Notes: generated from the sequence alone by a model not told the origin. 63,961 bases of DNA, filler included, from Octopus bimaculoides (GCF_001194135.2; 5 parts of 5 records of this genome joined end to end with filler, not necessarily neighbours in it); one strand, 5' to 3'. Counted from the first letter of the whole stretch, positions 48,943 through 62,200 are shown. Program-made: numbers and translations.

Positions 48943-48959
48943 GTTGAACTGGAATATCA

Positions 48960-49705
48960 GCGAAATAAGATTGCACCACCCAAAACAGATGTAGATCGTT
49001 TTTATCTTCCCAGAGCACAAGGAAGGTAACGCTTGATCCAATTTGAAATCTCTTACGAAACCACCACGTTGGACTGGCCAAATACCTTGAAAAATCTAAA
49101 GACTGGATACTAAAACTCGTTGAAAACTATGAAAGACGTAAGAAACTTCATTCTGTCAGGAAGGAAAGCAAAAATTTGCTAGTGAGTTCATGCGTAATAG
49201 CCAGGTCGAACAGCATGATGGAAGTGCGGCAATTATTGTTGCAAGGAAGTTGAAATCAATGGCAAAGCAAAAAGCGTTTGAACAATTGGCTGATAGGTTG
49301 GAACAAAAAGCTCTGCATGGCAAATATGAGGACCGTAGCAAACAAGTTAATATCGACCAGAAGCACACCCAACAGTGAATAAGGAACTCAGGGCTAAAGG
49401 CAGAGAGCAAAGGTTTTATCTTAGCTGCTCAAAATCAGAGCTTATTGACCCAGAACTACCAAGCCAATGCCATGGAAAATGGAGTAAACCCAAAGCACCG
49501 ATACCGCAACGATGAGATTGAAACAGTGGATCACCTAATCTCTGGGTGTAAGGTTTTAGCACTGGTAGAGTATAAATCAAGACCTAACAGAGTTCGTCAA
49601 TATCTACACTGGATATTATGTCGACATTATAAAATCAAAACTGATGACAAATAGTACAAGCATCACCCTGAGGCTGTAACTGAGGGGGAAAATGTAACGA
49701 TTAAT
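48960..49705 (+). mobile_element. R4/Dong-like fragment (RT C-terminus to zinc finger)
   Basis: LHGKY..GLKAESKGFILAAQNQSL..ETVDHLISGCKVLA..QYLHWILC. Confidence 0.85.
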
Positions 49706-50330
49706 AAGACCAGGAAGCATCATGGACGTGGCTCAGCAAGAGTGTCCTAAAAAAGAAGACTGAAAGGCTAATCATAGCTGCCCAGGATTGGGCATTGAAT
49801 ACCAACTCAGTAAAAATGGATATATGCCACACAAGTGAAACTAACCTCTGCAGAATGAGTGGGATGAGGGGTCGAAAACGTGACTCACATTGTTAGTATT
49901 TGTGAAAGTCTTGCGCAGAAAGAGTACAAGTGCAGACACGACAAGATAGCCCAAAACCTTCACTGGCTGCTATGCCAGAAGTATGGATACGAGGTAACGG
50001 GTGCTTGGTACCAACATACACTGGAAAAGGTAATGGACGAAAAAGGGAAGGCAAAAATCTGGGACATTAGACTTCAAGACAGACAAGGTGTTAGAGCACC
50101 GGAGGCCGGAAAAAGTAACCTTTAGGAGAAAGAAACAAGAGTGCCTAATAATCGACATGGCAGTGCCTGGAGATGAAGATATTATCATGAAAGAAAGAAA
50201 GAAAAATGGTTGATAAAAATGGTGACCTGAGAATTGAGATCGCCAAGATGTGGCAGCTACGAGAGTCAAAGGTTGTCCCCGTTGTCATCGGGGCATTAGG
50301 CTCAATACATCAAAAGGCTCAGAAAGCTGA
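49705..50330 (+). mobile_element. R4/Dong-like fragment (zinc finger plus RLE)
   Basis: LIIAAQDWAL..THIVSICESLAQKEYKCRHDKIAQNLHWLLC..LIIDMAVP..DLRIEIAKMW..VVPVVIGALG. Confidence 0.85.
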
Positions 50331-50339
50331 TGAAGTCAA

Positions 50340-51260
50340 GGCTAAATGGTCCGAATCTAGTGATGGCTGTAAATACTTGGGCAGTATCATTACTTAGATA
50401 TTCAGCAGCTTTTGTAGACTGGACAAAATCTGAATTAGCAAAGCTAGACAGAAGAACCAGAAAAAATTCAATATGACTGGAGGAGTTCACTCAAGACCAG
50501 GAGTAGCAAGATTATACTTACTTAGAAAGGAAGGTGATCGAGGGTTTATATCAGATGTAGCCTCCTATGTGGGTAAAAGGGAAAAAAGTTTATTAAGAGC
50601 TGCTAGAGTAACAGTAGGAAATCAAAAAGTGAGACATGGTTATGGTTGCAGAAAGAAAGTTTGAAAAGAGAGCCAGGATGTTTGTTAGTAATAGTACAAG
50701 ATCAGTCGTTGAAGACCAATAAAACAAAAATCAAGCAGATTCCCAACATAGGTTATGCAAATCAAAATAAGAAATGTTATTCGTATAGTAAGGGAATGCA
50801 GCATGCTGGCACATAGAGAATATAAGAAAAGTTATGACAACCTAGGGAATATAATCAACTGGGAGCTATGTAGAAAGCTAGGATTTGATCATACCGATCA
50901 GTGGCATGAACATGAATCTAGTAAAGTACTAGAAAGTAAAAAATATAAGATGTGGGACTTTAACATTCAGACTGACAGAGTAATAGAAGCTAGAAGGCCT
51001 GATTTAGTAGTAGTAAAGATAATAGGAAGTTCCAGATAATTGACTTTACTGTCCCAAATGATGAAAAAGTCAGTATTAATGGTCTAGCCTTTGAGTTACA
51101 GAGTCTATGGAAAGTGTGGGTAGAATGTATCCTTGTAGTTATAGGTGCATTGGGAACCATTCTTAAAGACCTGAACAAATAGATAGGGGAAATAGCATAG
51201 ACCTAGTTTAGTGCATCTCCAGAAAATAGTATTATTAAGGATTGCTAGGATAATTAGGAA
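50340..51260 (+). mobile_element. R4/Dong-like fragment, multiply deleted
   Basis: LDRRTRK..VARLYLLRKEGDRG, CSMLAHREYK..WDFNIQTDRVIEARRPDLVVV, IVIGALG, LQKIVLLRIARIIRKIL. Confidence 0.85.
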
Positions 51261-51382
51261 GATTCTTGGTCTGCCGGTAGGAATTTTTTCCAACAGTCTA
51301 ATCTGTTGTGCGCTTATGAAACAAGAACAGCAGCAGCAGCAGCAGCAGAAACAACAGCAACAACAACATCAATTCTTTCTAC

Positions 51383-51545
51383 TATTGGCTGAAATTTGGT
51401 GGGAGGGCGCTGATCGATTACATGGACCTCAGTGCGAAAGGATGAAAAGCAAAGTCGACCTCAACGGAATTTGAACTCGGAACACAAACACAGACGAAAT
51501 GCTATAAGGCATTTTGCCCGGCATGCTAATGATTCTGCTAATTCC
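51383..51545 (-). mobile_element. SINE family C copy between (CAG/CAA)n tracts
   Basis: TTCTTTCTACT..GAAATTTGG..GAAAGGATGAAAAGCAAAGTCGACCTC..GGAATTTGAACTC. Confidence 0.85.
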
Positions 51546-51689
51546 CTGGCTTAACAAGAACAAGAACAACAACAACAACAACAGCAGCAGCAGCAGCAGC
51601 AACAACGACAACAGCCACAACAACAACAATAATAATATACAAAGAACTGGTGGGAACACAAGCCTGCCTAAGTAGTTGTAAACAAAGAT

Positions 51690-52050
51690 ATCACCATTCT
51701 TTGAAACGGTGATCTCTTTAGTATTCAAATTGATCGTGCTATTCAGGCCAACAGACCAGTATTGTGTTAAAAAAATCACGTTGTCTAAACGTGTGTACTC
51801 ATAAATATGTCAATCCCAGCAGACTGTCACACTTCTATACAAGTTAAATAAATACAAGGACCTTGGAATAAAGGGCCCTTAAATGTGACATTTAAGAACA
51901 GCCGTATCTGGGATCATCAAAACATCAAGAATGATAGAAATGGTTTTCTTAAACACTATGACAAAGTACGAGGAAACCCCAAAGTATCCGAACTACAAAA
52001 AAATTGCTTTCGTGGGTATTGCCCACCTCCTAATAAAAACACAGTTAACT
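51690..52050 (+). mobile_element. R4/Dong-like RLE fragment, highly decayed
   Basis: SIQIDRAIQANRP..MSIP..NKYKDL..ELQKIAFVGIAHLL. Confidence 0.65.
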
Positions 52051-52555
52051 TGAAAGTACCTGATTCTCTTAAAAGTTTTTCAAAACAAAAATATTACAAA
52101 TTTGTAAAATTTTAGTTTTCAGATTCTGGTTTCATTCATATCATAGCCAGTCATAAATAACATCCATAGTAAAACATCCAACTTGCTAATCTTCGGATGA
52201 GAATTGGGAGAGCTCGTGAGAGCTTGTATAAAACAAAAAGCAACAACACGGCTCTCATGGTTTTTGATTTTAACTATTTGGACGTGTTATCATGTTCATG
52301 TTTTGTCTTGGTGTAAAAGATGGGCTACAGCAAATATTCTGCTCAATACCACAAATTTTCTCTTCACTTTGCTTGACCATAACCAGTTGAGGATGTCCCT
52401 TAGTGGCTGACGATATGGGCATTCCTGATTACAAGCAGGAGTATTGGGGGAGCATTATAGCCATGAGTTGAGAGGAATTCTTTGGGGTTTGAATAATTCA
52501 TCTCTGGAAACATGGGTGTTTCGTCCGTCATCTTTAAACAGACCTTATTCAGGAT

Positions 52556-52600
52556 GGGCTATTCTAACTGGGCTATTCTAACTGGGCTATTCTAACTGGG
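52556..52600. repeat. 14-bp tandem repeat x3 (GGGCTATTCTAACT)
   Basis: Three exact units plus GGG. Confidence 0.9.
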
Positions 52601-52759
52601 CCCCATCTGCAAAGTCATGCGTTGTTTATCTTGATATGAGATCAACATGTCGCACACATATGGTTGACAGGTATGTGCCTGGTGTACCCTTATCAGACGA
52701 GTGGGCTTTACATATTTATACCTTAGTGTCACTTTGATGGTACGTATTTCTCTCTCACT

Positions 52760-52782
52760 CAATAATAATAATAATAATAATA

Positions 52783-52849
<67 letters not shown>

Positions 52850-52875
52850 CAACAACAACAACAACAACAACAATA
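52760..52875. repeat. (AAT)n(AAC)n microsatellite abutting the LINE 3' end
   Basis: Direct reading of the sequence. Confidence 0.95.
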
Positions 52876-52879
52876 AAAA

Positions 52880-55800
52880 TAATTTATTTATCAACCACAA
52901 GGATTTACATTAAGAAACGCATTATGGACAGTACAGAATAAAGAATGTGTGTGTGTGTGTGTATGTGTGTGAGTGTGTGTTGTTGAGGGTTTTGTGTGTA
53001 AACAAGATTAACATAATGAAGCAAAAAATTCAATAATGTGTTATCCTCCACAGGGAGGAGACGTTCGAGGGCTGCTCATGGAAAAAACCCGTGAAAACCA
53101 TGGGCACCCTAACTTTTGGGGGCAAGTGCCTCTTTTCCTTCCCTTTTCTCCAACTACAGGCGTATGCCCAGGTCACGCCCGTTCACACGCACCATTCTCA
53201 CCACTTTCATCCACCTTTCATCCCCTTCAGTCTCGTCCCCCATACTACCTCTTTCACCATGGCTGCCAGGCATATAAACACAGCCTTCCCTTCCCGGTTA
53301 AAGGAAGACGGTGGGGAGATCTTCATGATGGCAGCCGGATCCGTCCTACACGCAACAGCAGGTGTTCGACATAAACCCATACGTCAGCAATATTCGGGCA
53401 CTGGGCGAGTGTATGCAGGGCCGCCTCTACGTCCTGCGCGCATCTCGGACGTGCTCAGCTAACGGCACTTCAGTGTCTGTAAAGTTTATCTTGAACAGGC
53501 AAAGCTTCCCGGTAGCACTGCCAGGCCATAGAAATTATCGATTGGTCCCGGATCGAAAGTTCTCCGGAAAAGAACACGTAGCTGATCTTTTTCGGCGCCC
53601 AAGGTTTCCCCAAGAACGTCGTCGCTCTTTCCCTCCACTAATCATCTATAGAAAGCTAGAGTGGACGTTCCACCTATCACAATGTCCGACTAGCTGAGGA
53701 GTGTAAGCGCTTGAAGACATTCCACTTTCCAAAAGCTCCCTCTCGGTCTCTGTTTTACCCGGGACTGCAAATCCGTTAAAAAAACTAGCTGGAGGACATA
53801 CGCGTCTGGCGAACGGCGAGCACACTTGTTCACTATCAAGGAAGCACTGGAGATGTCGTAGCCTCAGCGCATGTCTGCGTATCATCAACCACAGCATTCC
53901 CAGACTACCACGCAGCGGGTATTGACAGCAGATAGACCACCTGACCATCAGGACGCGTCCCTTCCACAAGAAACTGAAAAGTATACGCTTCAACGTAATC
54001 AGACGCCGGCCGGGACAAGGTACGACGGTCAAGTGGTAGTAGTTGACGTACGTAATGTACACATTAGCCACCTCTGCCTGACATTTCACCCTACTCGTCC
54101 CAGTTTTTGTCCATCTGGAGGTCCGGACCAAAACCAGAGCCCGAGCAATTTAACCGGTCCATCCGTCCGCCCAGCACCCAACGACGCAGTTCGACGGCAT
54201 AGACTTGCTTCTCCAAGTGCCGAGCCGCAGGCCCAATGATTTTTCCTGGTTAATCGTCACTCCTGAAACCGCCTCGTAGCCCTCGAGAGCGGTGCCGATC
54301 ATTTCTATGTGTTTATTATCCGGTGACGTCATTGCTATAAACCGACACGCATCTCCCACATCCTAGGTCACGCGGGATGCCTCTCAACGTCTCCAGTTTG
54401 TGTAGTAGTGGCTCGAGAGTCAGTACATACAAGAGAGACGACAGGGACAACCTTTCCGGACCGAGCGCATGATGTTGAACGGTTCTGAAAGGTGACAGTT
54501 CACTCTGACCACTGAACAAATATCGCTGAGCATTGCAGCGATCCAGCCCCTGAATACAGGCTCGAAACTGGCCTTGAGGACCGCCGCCAAGTATAGATGG
54601 TTGACCCTGTCGAAAGCTTTAGACTGATCTAAATTGATCAGGGCCCCACCCGTGCCGGGTTCTTTAGCAATTTTATCAATGATGTATCGCATGAGGTGGA
54701 GGTTGTCGTGGATGGATCTCTTCAGGATGGCGCATGTCTGTGCCTCCCCTACCAGATCACCGAAGACAGGCACCAATCTCGTAGCTAATAACTTGGCCAA
54801 AATTTTGAACTCCGCATTCGGCTGGGTTATAGGCCTAAAGTTGTCGATACAGCCCCCCTTGTTCGGGTCGTTTCTCAGCAACGCCACAGCTCTTCGGCTT
54901 ACAAAACTGGGAATTCTCCCATTTTGTTGCCACTTGCAGTAAGCGTTTACTATGAGGTCGCCGAACAAGTCTGTCATGTAAGCATAAAGCTCGTTGCGCA
55001 AACCATCCAACCCAGGCGATTTACTTCTAGTGCAGCTATCCATTGCTTTCCGTATTTCAAAGGCTGTTATAGGCCTTTCGCAGCACCTCACCTCCGTCGC
55101 CAAGAGCTGCGGCAGCCCGTCAAAGTAGGACGTGAAATCCATCCTGAGACCCGGCTCACCACTACTCCCGAACAGTTGAGTGAAGCACCGCTGAAAGACC
55201 TCACACATCTATCATCTGATAGTTATCCTTTGCCCGTCGTGGTCCACCAAGGATCGGATCGTTGATTTATTGTCATGCCGTGCTACTGCCACTCGGGCCC
55301 ATTCAATGGCTTTCGTCTCTTCGTGTCTAAGAGCATGGGCCTTAGCTCTGACAACCTTCGTGTTTCGCGTTGAAGACTTGGTCGTGTTTTGCGTTGAAGA
55401 CTTGGTTGAATGCCAATCTCGCTGCGAGAACATCGGTCGCGATGCTTTTTCTAAAAGCCTCGTCTAATTTCCTGACTAGCCCCGCCTCTACTCTGTCCCT
55501 TTCTACTGCTAGCCCTTTGCTAAACCTTACTGATTCTATTCTAGTCACCCTCTTCAAGGTGAACCACCATTTATTCTTGATGATTGCCCTCATCAACGCC
55601 CGCTTAACTTGTTCACTAACCCAGTCTTTGAAATCTTTACGCGCCGGCAACGATGCATTCAGCTTTCAGTAACCGGGTCCCTGTCTATGAAGCTTATCTA
55701 AGTCGGCTGTACAGATCTCGAATTTGTGGTCTTAGTCGACTACTTTAAATTGACAATTTGTGCTATCTTTATCTGCTACTCTACAGAATACTCTAGGTAC

Positions 55801-57982
55801 GATCAGGATGACTAGATGTGGTTTGACTAGGTTGACACTGGCACATCAGGGAAATCCAGTCGATACTTGCCAGACAGTTGAAATCGTCTGAACAGGTTTG
55901 TGAGGCTTTTGCACCCTCCTCCCCTATCTGCTAAACACACACAGTCCTACCTTACATCTAAAACTCCATTCCAATCTCCCACTAACACTAAAGAGCCAGA
56001 CGTTCCCAAGAAAGTTTCCAGACGTCTGAAGAAATCTTGTCGTCCTGCCCTTGTCGGGGCATAGGCTACATCAAACCTCAAAGTATGGCCTTCGCTACCA
56101 GTCACGTCCAGCACCACCGACTAACCTTCCGGATTCAGGAAGATCGTCTGTATTGCAAGAGCCAGAATTTTCCGAACCATCACGGCGACTCCGCCTTCCG
56201 CCTCTGGACGACTTGGAGATGCGTACACCTCATAGTCACCAAAAATGGGTTGGAAGTCCCGTGAGTTGGAAATTCTGGTTTCACTAATAGCCACCACATC
56301 GACATTCAATGCCCCACGGTCGTTGAGCAGGTGACCCCAGGCCACGTACATTCACGCTACCTATTCTGTGTACGACCACGTTGTCAGAAAAAGAAACGGA
56401 AAGAAAATGCAAACTTGGTTTTGTTTGGAGGAGCGTCTCTCCTGTTGGCTTGGGGCGTTTTCAGCAGCAAATTACCAAGAATTCTCTCGATGATATTCCT
56501 TCGAAAATCGCTTTCCTGTTGGAATTGGATTTTTAAGTGTGCGTGTGTTATGTGTTGTTTGAACGGTTTGTATGTGTGCAGGGAGGGAGTTTATGGTTGT
56601 NNNNNNNNNNNNNNNNNNNNNNNNNNNNNNNNNNNNNNNNNNNNNNNNNNNNNNNNNNNNNNNNNNNNNNNNNNNNNNNNNNNNNNNNNNNNNNNNNNNN
56701 NNNNNNNNNNNNNNNNNNNNNNNNNNNNNNNNNNNNNNNNNNNNNNNNNNNNNNNNNNNNNNNNNNNNNNNNNNNNNNNNNNNNNNNNNNNNNNNNNNNN
56801 NNNNNNNNNNNNNNNNNNNNNNNNNNNNNNNNNNNNNNNNNNNNNNNNNNNNNNNNNNNNNNNNNNNNNNNNNNNNNNNNNNNNNNNNNNNNNNNNNNNN
56901 NNNNNNNNNNNNNNNNNNNNNNNNNNNNNNNNNNNNNNNNNNNNNNNNNNNNNNNNNNNNNNNNNNNNNNNNNNNNNNNNNNNNNNNNNNNNNNNNNNNN
57001 NNNNNNNNNNNNNNNNNNNNNNNNNNNNNNNNNNNNNNNNNNNNNNNNNNNNNNNNNNNNNNNNNNNNNNNNNNNNNNNNNNNNNNNNNNNNNNNNNNNN
57101 NNNNNNNNNNNNNNNNNNNNNNNNNNCGGTAGAAATGCAAATGTGGTACTTTGCCTTCCTTCCATCCACTCATGCTGGAATAATGCTGCTTTCCAGGAAC
57201 ATAGATCTGGTCTGGGATGAGTTCCATATTCTTTTGGATTGTTTGGAAGAGGACTTCAATGGTCATCCCTGACCAGTTCTCCTTTTTGGTTTTATAGACT
57301 TCGAAGATTTTCGAGTTTTCTTTGCTGCCTATTGTTACTGCAGCAATTAGCCAAGGAATGGATATTTCTGGCGGCACCTGTTGTATGATTATTTTGGCCA
57401 GTTACTGGGAAGGGAACCAACAACAGCTCCTCGCTTTTGAGGGGTTTCAGAGAGTGAGATTTAGCTTCCTCCTCTGTGCAGTATTTCATCTCCACGATCC
57501 CATAGCCCCTTTCCCTCTGTATGTATTCCTTTAGGTTCTAAACGGAACCTAAAGTTTTTTGCATTTGAGCCTCTGTGGATCTTTTCTCCCTCTTTGACAT
57601 TAATCCGATTGTACGTCACTGTGCGACGTATCGTACTTTGGATAGTTTCGATGGGAGTATTTAGCTTGACAGATAGCCCGTTTCGCTCGACTAGCTGTTT
57701 TGCATTTCTAACTTCCACTTCAGAGAATTTTATTCTCTAAAGAGACGACTTGAAAGCACCAGTGAAGGTAAGTTCAGTATTATACCAAGCCGTTGCACCG
57801 GCTTGTTGCTCAGTTCCTTCGTCGTTCTTATAGTTGTTGTTGTTGCTGCTGTTGCCATTGTAGTAGTAGTAGAAGTTGTTGTTGTTGCTGTTGTTGCTTG
57901 TGTTGTTGTTACTGATGTTGCTGTTGTTGTTGTTAGTTGTTGTGTCGTCACCGTTCGCCGCTTCGCTCACGAAAGGGCTCTC
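52880..57982 (-). mobile_element. Near full-length L1/Tx1-like LINE (ORF1 remnant, APE, RT), inactivated
   Basis: APE motifs RIGSVNVRGL (about 56370-56340), VDVVAISET and GGVAV. RT motifs KSPGLDG, NFRPIT.NAEFKILAK, LDQSKAFDRVNH and SVRKGCP. The catalytic YADD reads YSND (54328-54339). Frameshifted ORF1-like sequence at 57130-57720, (AAC)-rich 5' region at 57830-57950, gap at 56601-57126. Confidence 0.9.
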
Positions 57983-57989
57983 ATTGTTT

Positions 57990-59530
57990 ATATTTTCGAA
58001 ACATATCATGGATACAAGAAATATGGAAAAGCTATCAATCCACTGTTCTGCATGGATGATTTCTAATTATCAACAACTGCAAACATACAGAGTCAGTCAA
58101 TTTAGTGATGACATCAAAATGGAATTTAGGCTTAGCAAATGCACCAATGTTACATTTGCTATGGGAAAAACTATCAAACACATGCCACATTACTTACCAT
58201 AGATATAGTTACTGAAATAAAGAATTAGAATAATCTAACGGCAGTCGTAAGTATCTAGGAGTCTGTGAAGGAGATGGAATTAAGCACTTATTAATGGAAG
58301 TAAAGATAAGAAAGGTTTGCTATCTTTGAGGTGTGCTATTTTGAAAACCGAATTGAAAATGCAGAAGCAAATTTCAGGCGATAAACATAATGACAGTGCC
58401 TGTAATCACACAGCTTCTGTGTTATAAGCTGAAATCTGAGAACAGCACATTGCATGCATAACTCAAAAGCAGACATAGATCGAATATTACCTTCTGAGAA
58501 AAGAAGGCGGTCGGGGGTTAATACAATCTCACATTGTATATTGGAACCATGGGACTTTCTGCCTACCCGCAACAAGCAAACGTCGTGATGTTAAAGCTAG
58601 TTCTGAAACATGAAGATACCAAAACATTGCACTCAGTGTCGAAAAACGCAAACATACACCATCAAGAAACGAACCAGTACCCGAAGAAAAACGAACCAAT
58701 ACTCGAAGAAAATGCGTCCCCAGCTGACAAGGCAAAACTAAAAAGATATAGCCAAACAAACCAGCCTCCAATACACTAAGGAGAAATGGAAGCAAAAACC
58801 ACTGTATAGCAAATAACGGAACAGAGTTAGGGATCCTGATATAGAACAAACCATTATCCATCAGTCGATGACATACTCTGGTCTCAAATCAGAAACAAAA
58901 GAGTACTTTATTGCTGTTTCGGATCAGTACTCTCCAACTAGGAATTACCACTGGTGCTCCGAAACAAGAAAGTAGCACATTGTGCCGCATATGCGGAGAA
59001 CATCCAGAGACAATCAAGCCACATAATCTCTGAATGTCGCCAATAGAGCGCTTGCAAAGACAGTGAAGGCCTACTCAGTATATATACTAGTCATTATACT
59101 GCACTTACAACCTCCCTCCCAAAGGTTATTGGTGAGAACATAACCAACCACAAATTACTCAGAAAAGTGAAGTTAACATTATTTGGAATTTCAGAGTTTA
59201 GACTGATCAGGAAAACAGAATAACCAACTAGATATTGTGAACAATCATGATTGACTTGTCTTCTGATTGAAATGCAGCCCAGTTGACAAAAACATATCCC
59301 TGAAAACGTTTGAGTCATTGAGTAAATGAGACTAAAATCAGAGAAACATTGTATCTCAGATCAAAAACATTAGCTATAGTTATAGGGGCACTTGGAATGA
59401 TATCAAGAAAAATAAACACATATGTTGACCAAATCCCTGGTAACTCGAAAACTACAAAACTACAAAGGAAAACTACAAAAGATAATGCTTACGGGTACCT
59501 CACATATTTTACTTAACTTCCTCTCAATGT
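57990..59530 (+). mobile_element. R4/Dong-like fragment (RT to RLE), heavily decayed
   Basis: PLFCMDD, DDIKMEFRLSKC, KYLGVCEGDGIK, GLKSETK, CRICGE, FGISEFRL..NRITN, VIGALG and KLQKIMLTGTSHI. Confidence 0.8.
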
Positions 59531-59631
59531 AAATGCGATTTTGCATGTCACTTATCAGCAAAATCTTGTCTTTTGACGACTCTGGTTGAGACTTGGGGGT
59601 GCATCTTGTATAATTAAAGCAAAACCAAAAT

Positions 59632-59810
59632 ATGATGATTCTGATGATGATGATGATGATGATTATGATTATGATGATGATGATGATGATGNNNNNNNNN
59701 NATGATGATGATGATGATGATGATGATAATGATGATGATGATAATAATGACGATGATGATGAGGGTGATGATAATGATAATAATGACGATGATGATGAGG
59801 GTGATGATGC

Positions 59811-59844
<34 letters not shown>

Positions 59845-59845
59845 A
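59632..59845. repeat. (GAT)n / (GATAAT) low-complexity tract
   Basis: Direct reading; interrupted by an 11-N gap. Confidence 0.95.
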
Positions 59846-60129
59846 CAGTTCTATATTTGAGACAAGCAATTATGTACATTATTTACATTTGACGGATATT
59901 CGTCCTCATCTTGTTTGTTGTTAACACAACTTTTCGCTCGGCAGTGGTTCAGTAAAGATGCAGACTGACCACAGCTGTTATCCTAGGACAGCAGATAATA
60001 GGACCAGTTTTAGTTCAGAACCAGATTTAGTTCAATGGTACTAGTTAAAGAAATTTAGTAGCTTATATGGGAGGTTGGGGAAACAACTTTAGGTTTGCCT
60101 TAATGGAAGAATAATATCAGATTAGATGA

Positions 60130-61189
60130 CCAGAGGGAGAATAATATTTATGAAAGATAAAAGCAAAGGTAATACAGCTAGCAATTATAGAAAGCACTTA
60201 CGAGACAACCAGCATTTACCGCCAGAAGAACAGAAAGGTTGCAGGGAGAATGTTAGATGAACGCATGATCTATTATACATTGACAAAACAGTTCTAAATG
60301 AAGTAAAAGCCAGACAGAGAATCTAACAATAGCATGGATAAATTATAGGAAAGCCTATGACACGATCCCACACTCATGGGTAAGTGAATGTTTGAGTATA
60401 TTCAGTATTGCAAACAACATAAGAGACTTAATAAGCTTTAGCATGAAGAAATGGAAAGTACATCTCTACTCAGGTGACACAGTCTTTGGGTAAGTTAATA
60501 TAAAGAGAGGAATTTTCTACGGAGATTCGTTATCCCCTTTAATATTTGTCTTATGTTTGACCCAACTCAGTTTAGTATTAAGGAAGGCAAAGGCAGAGTG
60601 CTCTACATCGATGATCTGAAGCTTTTCAGTAAGAATGAAAAAGAGATAGATTCCTTAATACAGACTGTAAGACTCTTCAGCAAAGATATAGGTATGGAAT
60701 TTGGCATAGATAAATGCGCAATATTAGTGATGAAAAGGAGACATGTAGTCAACAGTGAAGGCATCCATTTACCAGACATCCAAAACCGAACATTGTTATA
60801 GTGAATAAAAAAAAACAAAACAGAACATGCATGATAATTGACATAGCATGCCCAGGTGACGACTCGATCAATGTGAATGAAGAAGAAAAAACAAACAACT
60901 ATGACGATTTGTAGTGGGAAATACGAAGGTTGTGGTCAATGAGGAGAGTAGACGTGATATCAATAGTAATTGGCACACTTGCAAGTTTCAGCACTCAACT
61001 ACCAACTTGGTTGAAAAAGATTGGCGCAAGGTAAAACACCTACAAAAATCAGTATTGCTTGGAACGGCAAAAATTCTTCGCAGAGTTCTTGAAGCATGAC
61101 CAGTAAACAAGCGTGGCCTTAGTCTGCTGGTTGGGAACAGCTGAGACTTCCTATCATACCCAGCAAAATAAGCTGTGCGTTTTTATCAC

Positions 61190-61241
<52 letters not shown>

Positions 61242-61250
61242 CAATAATAA
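60130..61250 (+). mobile_element. R4/Dong-like fragment (RT core spliced to RLE end) with (TAA)n tail
   Basis: NYRKAYDTIPHSW, NIKRGIFYGDSLSPLIF, LYIDDLKLF..DIGMEFGIDKCA, IDIACPGD and HLQKSVLLGTAKILRRVLEA*. (TAA)n at about 61193-61250. Confidence 0.88.
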
Positions 61251-61280
61251 TGAATTCAAGTTTTTGTCACAAGGGCAGCT

Positions 61281-61380
61281 NNNNNNNNNNNNNNNNNNNN
61301 NNNNNNNNNNNNNNNNNNNNNNNNTTAATTAATTAANNNNNNNNNNNNNNNNNNNNNNNNNNNNNNNNNNNNNNNNNNNN
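61281..61380. other. Synthetic scaffold-join spacer
   Basis: 44N, TTAATTAATTAA (61325-61336), 44N. Confidence 0.92.
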
Positions 61381-61929
61381 ATATATATAGATGTATTCAT
61401 TTGTAAATAAAAATTACTACTATTAGTTTCACGCCACATCGATCGTCAGGTGAGAATTACTCGATCGCTCTAAAGTGGAACTGGAGACGCGAGAAAGAAA
61501 ATAAGCTCAAAGGAATTTTATGTGTGTATATGAATGTATGTACGAATGTTTGCATGTATATTCGTATGTATGTATATATTACAAAAATCTTCAAAACATT
61601 ATGACAAATCAAGTCAATATTTTTCTAACAGCTAAACATGACATTATCTCACCTAATTACACACACACACACACTCACACGCATCCGTATTACTACAAGC
61701 TTTACCCCTAACGTACATAAACAATAACATTACAGCTTTACACTAATCAAGAACGATGAAAATTATCTAAGAGTTCTATAACTTTCAACCAAAATACCCA
61801 CAAATAAATTTTTTAATGTATACACATAGACACACACATAAATATACACACATACGTACATATACAGATGTGTAAGGATGGTGGAAGATATATATGTACA
61901 TACATATATGTATATACATACATACGTAC

Positions 61930-62005
<76 letters not shown>

Positions 62006-62084
62006 CTCTTCTATTTTTAATTATTATAAATCGTCCATTGAGAAGGGAGCCGGTTTCCTACAAAGATACTGCATCTTCATTACT

Positions 62085-62200
62085 CCAGAACTTTCTAGCT
62101 TCTTCTGCTTTAGGTTTCTCATCATCAGTACTTCGTTCTTCACTATTTATTTAGTTATAAAATCTCCTCTGGTCTGTCTCATATGATCTATTCTGCTGAT
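62085..62200 (-). mobile_element. Short R4-like pre-RT fragment
   Basis: Minus strand DDEKPKAEEARKFWS resembles the P.AEE...FW motif upstream of RT in R4-clade elements. Confidence 0.45.

Noticed and set aside
52556-52600. Short direct repeats here and at 62256-62305 and 9951-10020 as possible CRISPR arrays
   Set aside because: No unique spacers, units too short, no cas genes, eukaryotic context.
52592-59892. Poly-Leu, poly-Asn, poly-Asp, poly-His and poly-Ser ORFs
   Set aside because: Translations of (AAT)n, (AAC)n and (GAT)n microsatellites; no unique domain.
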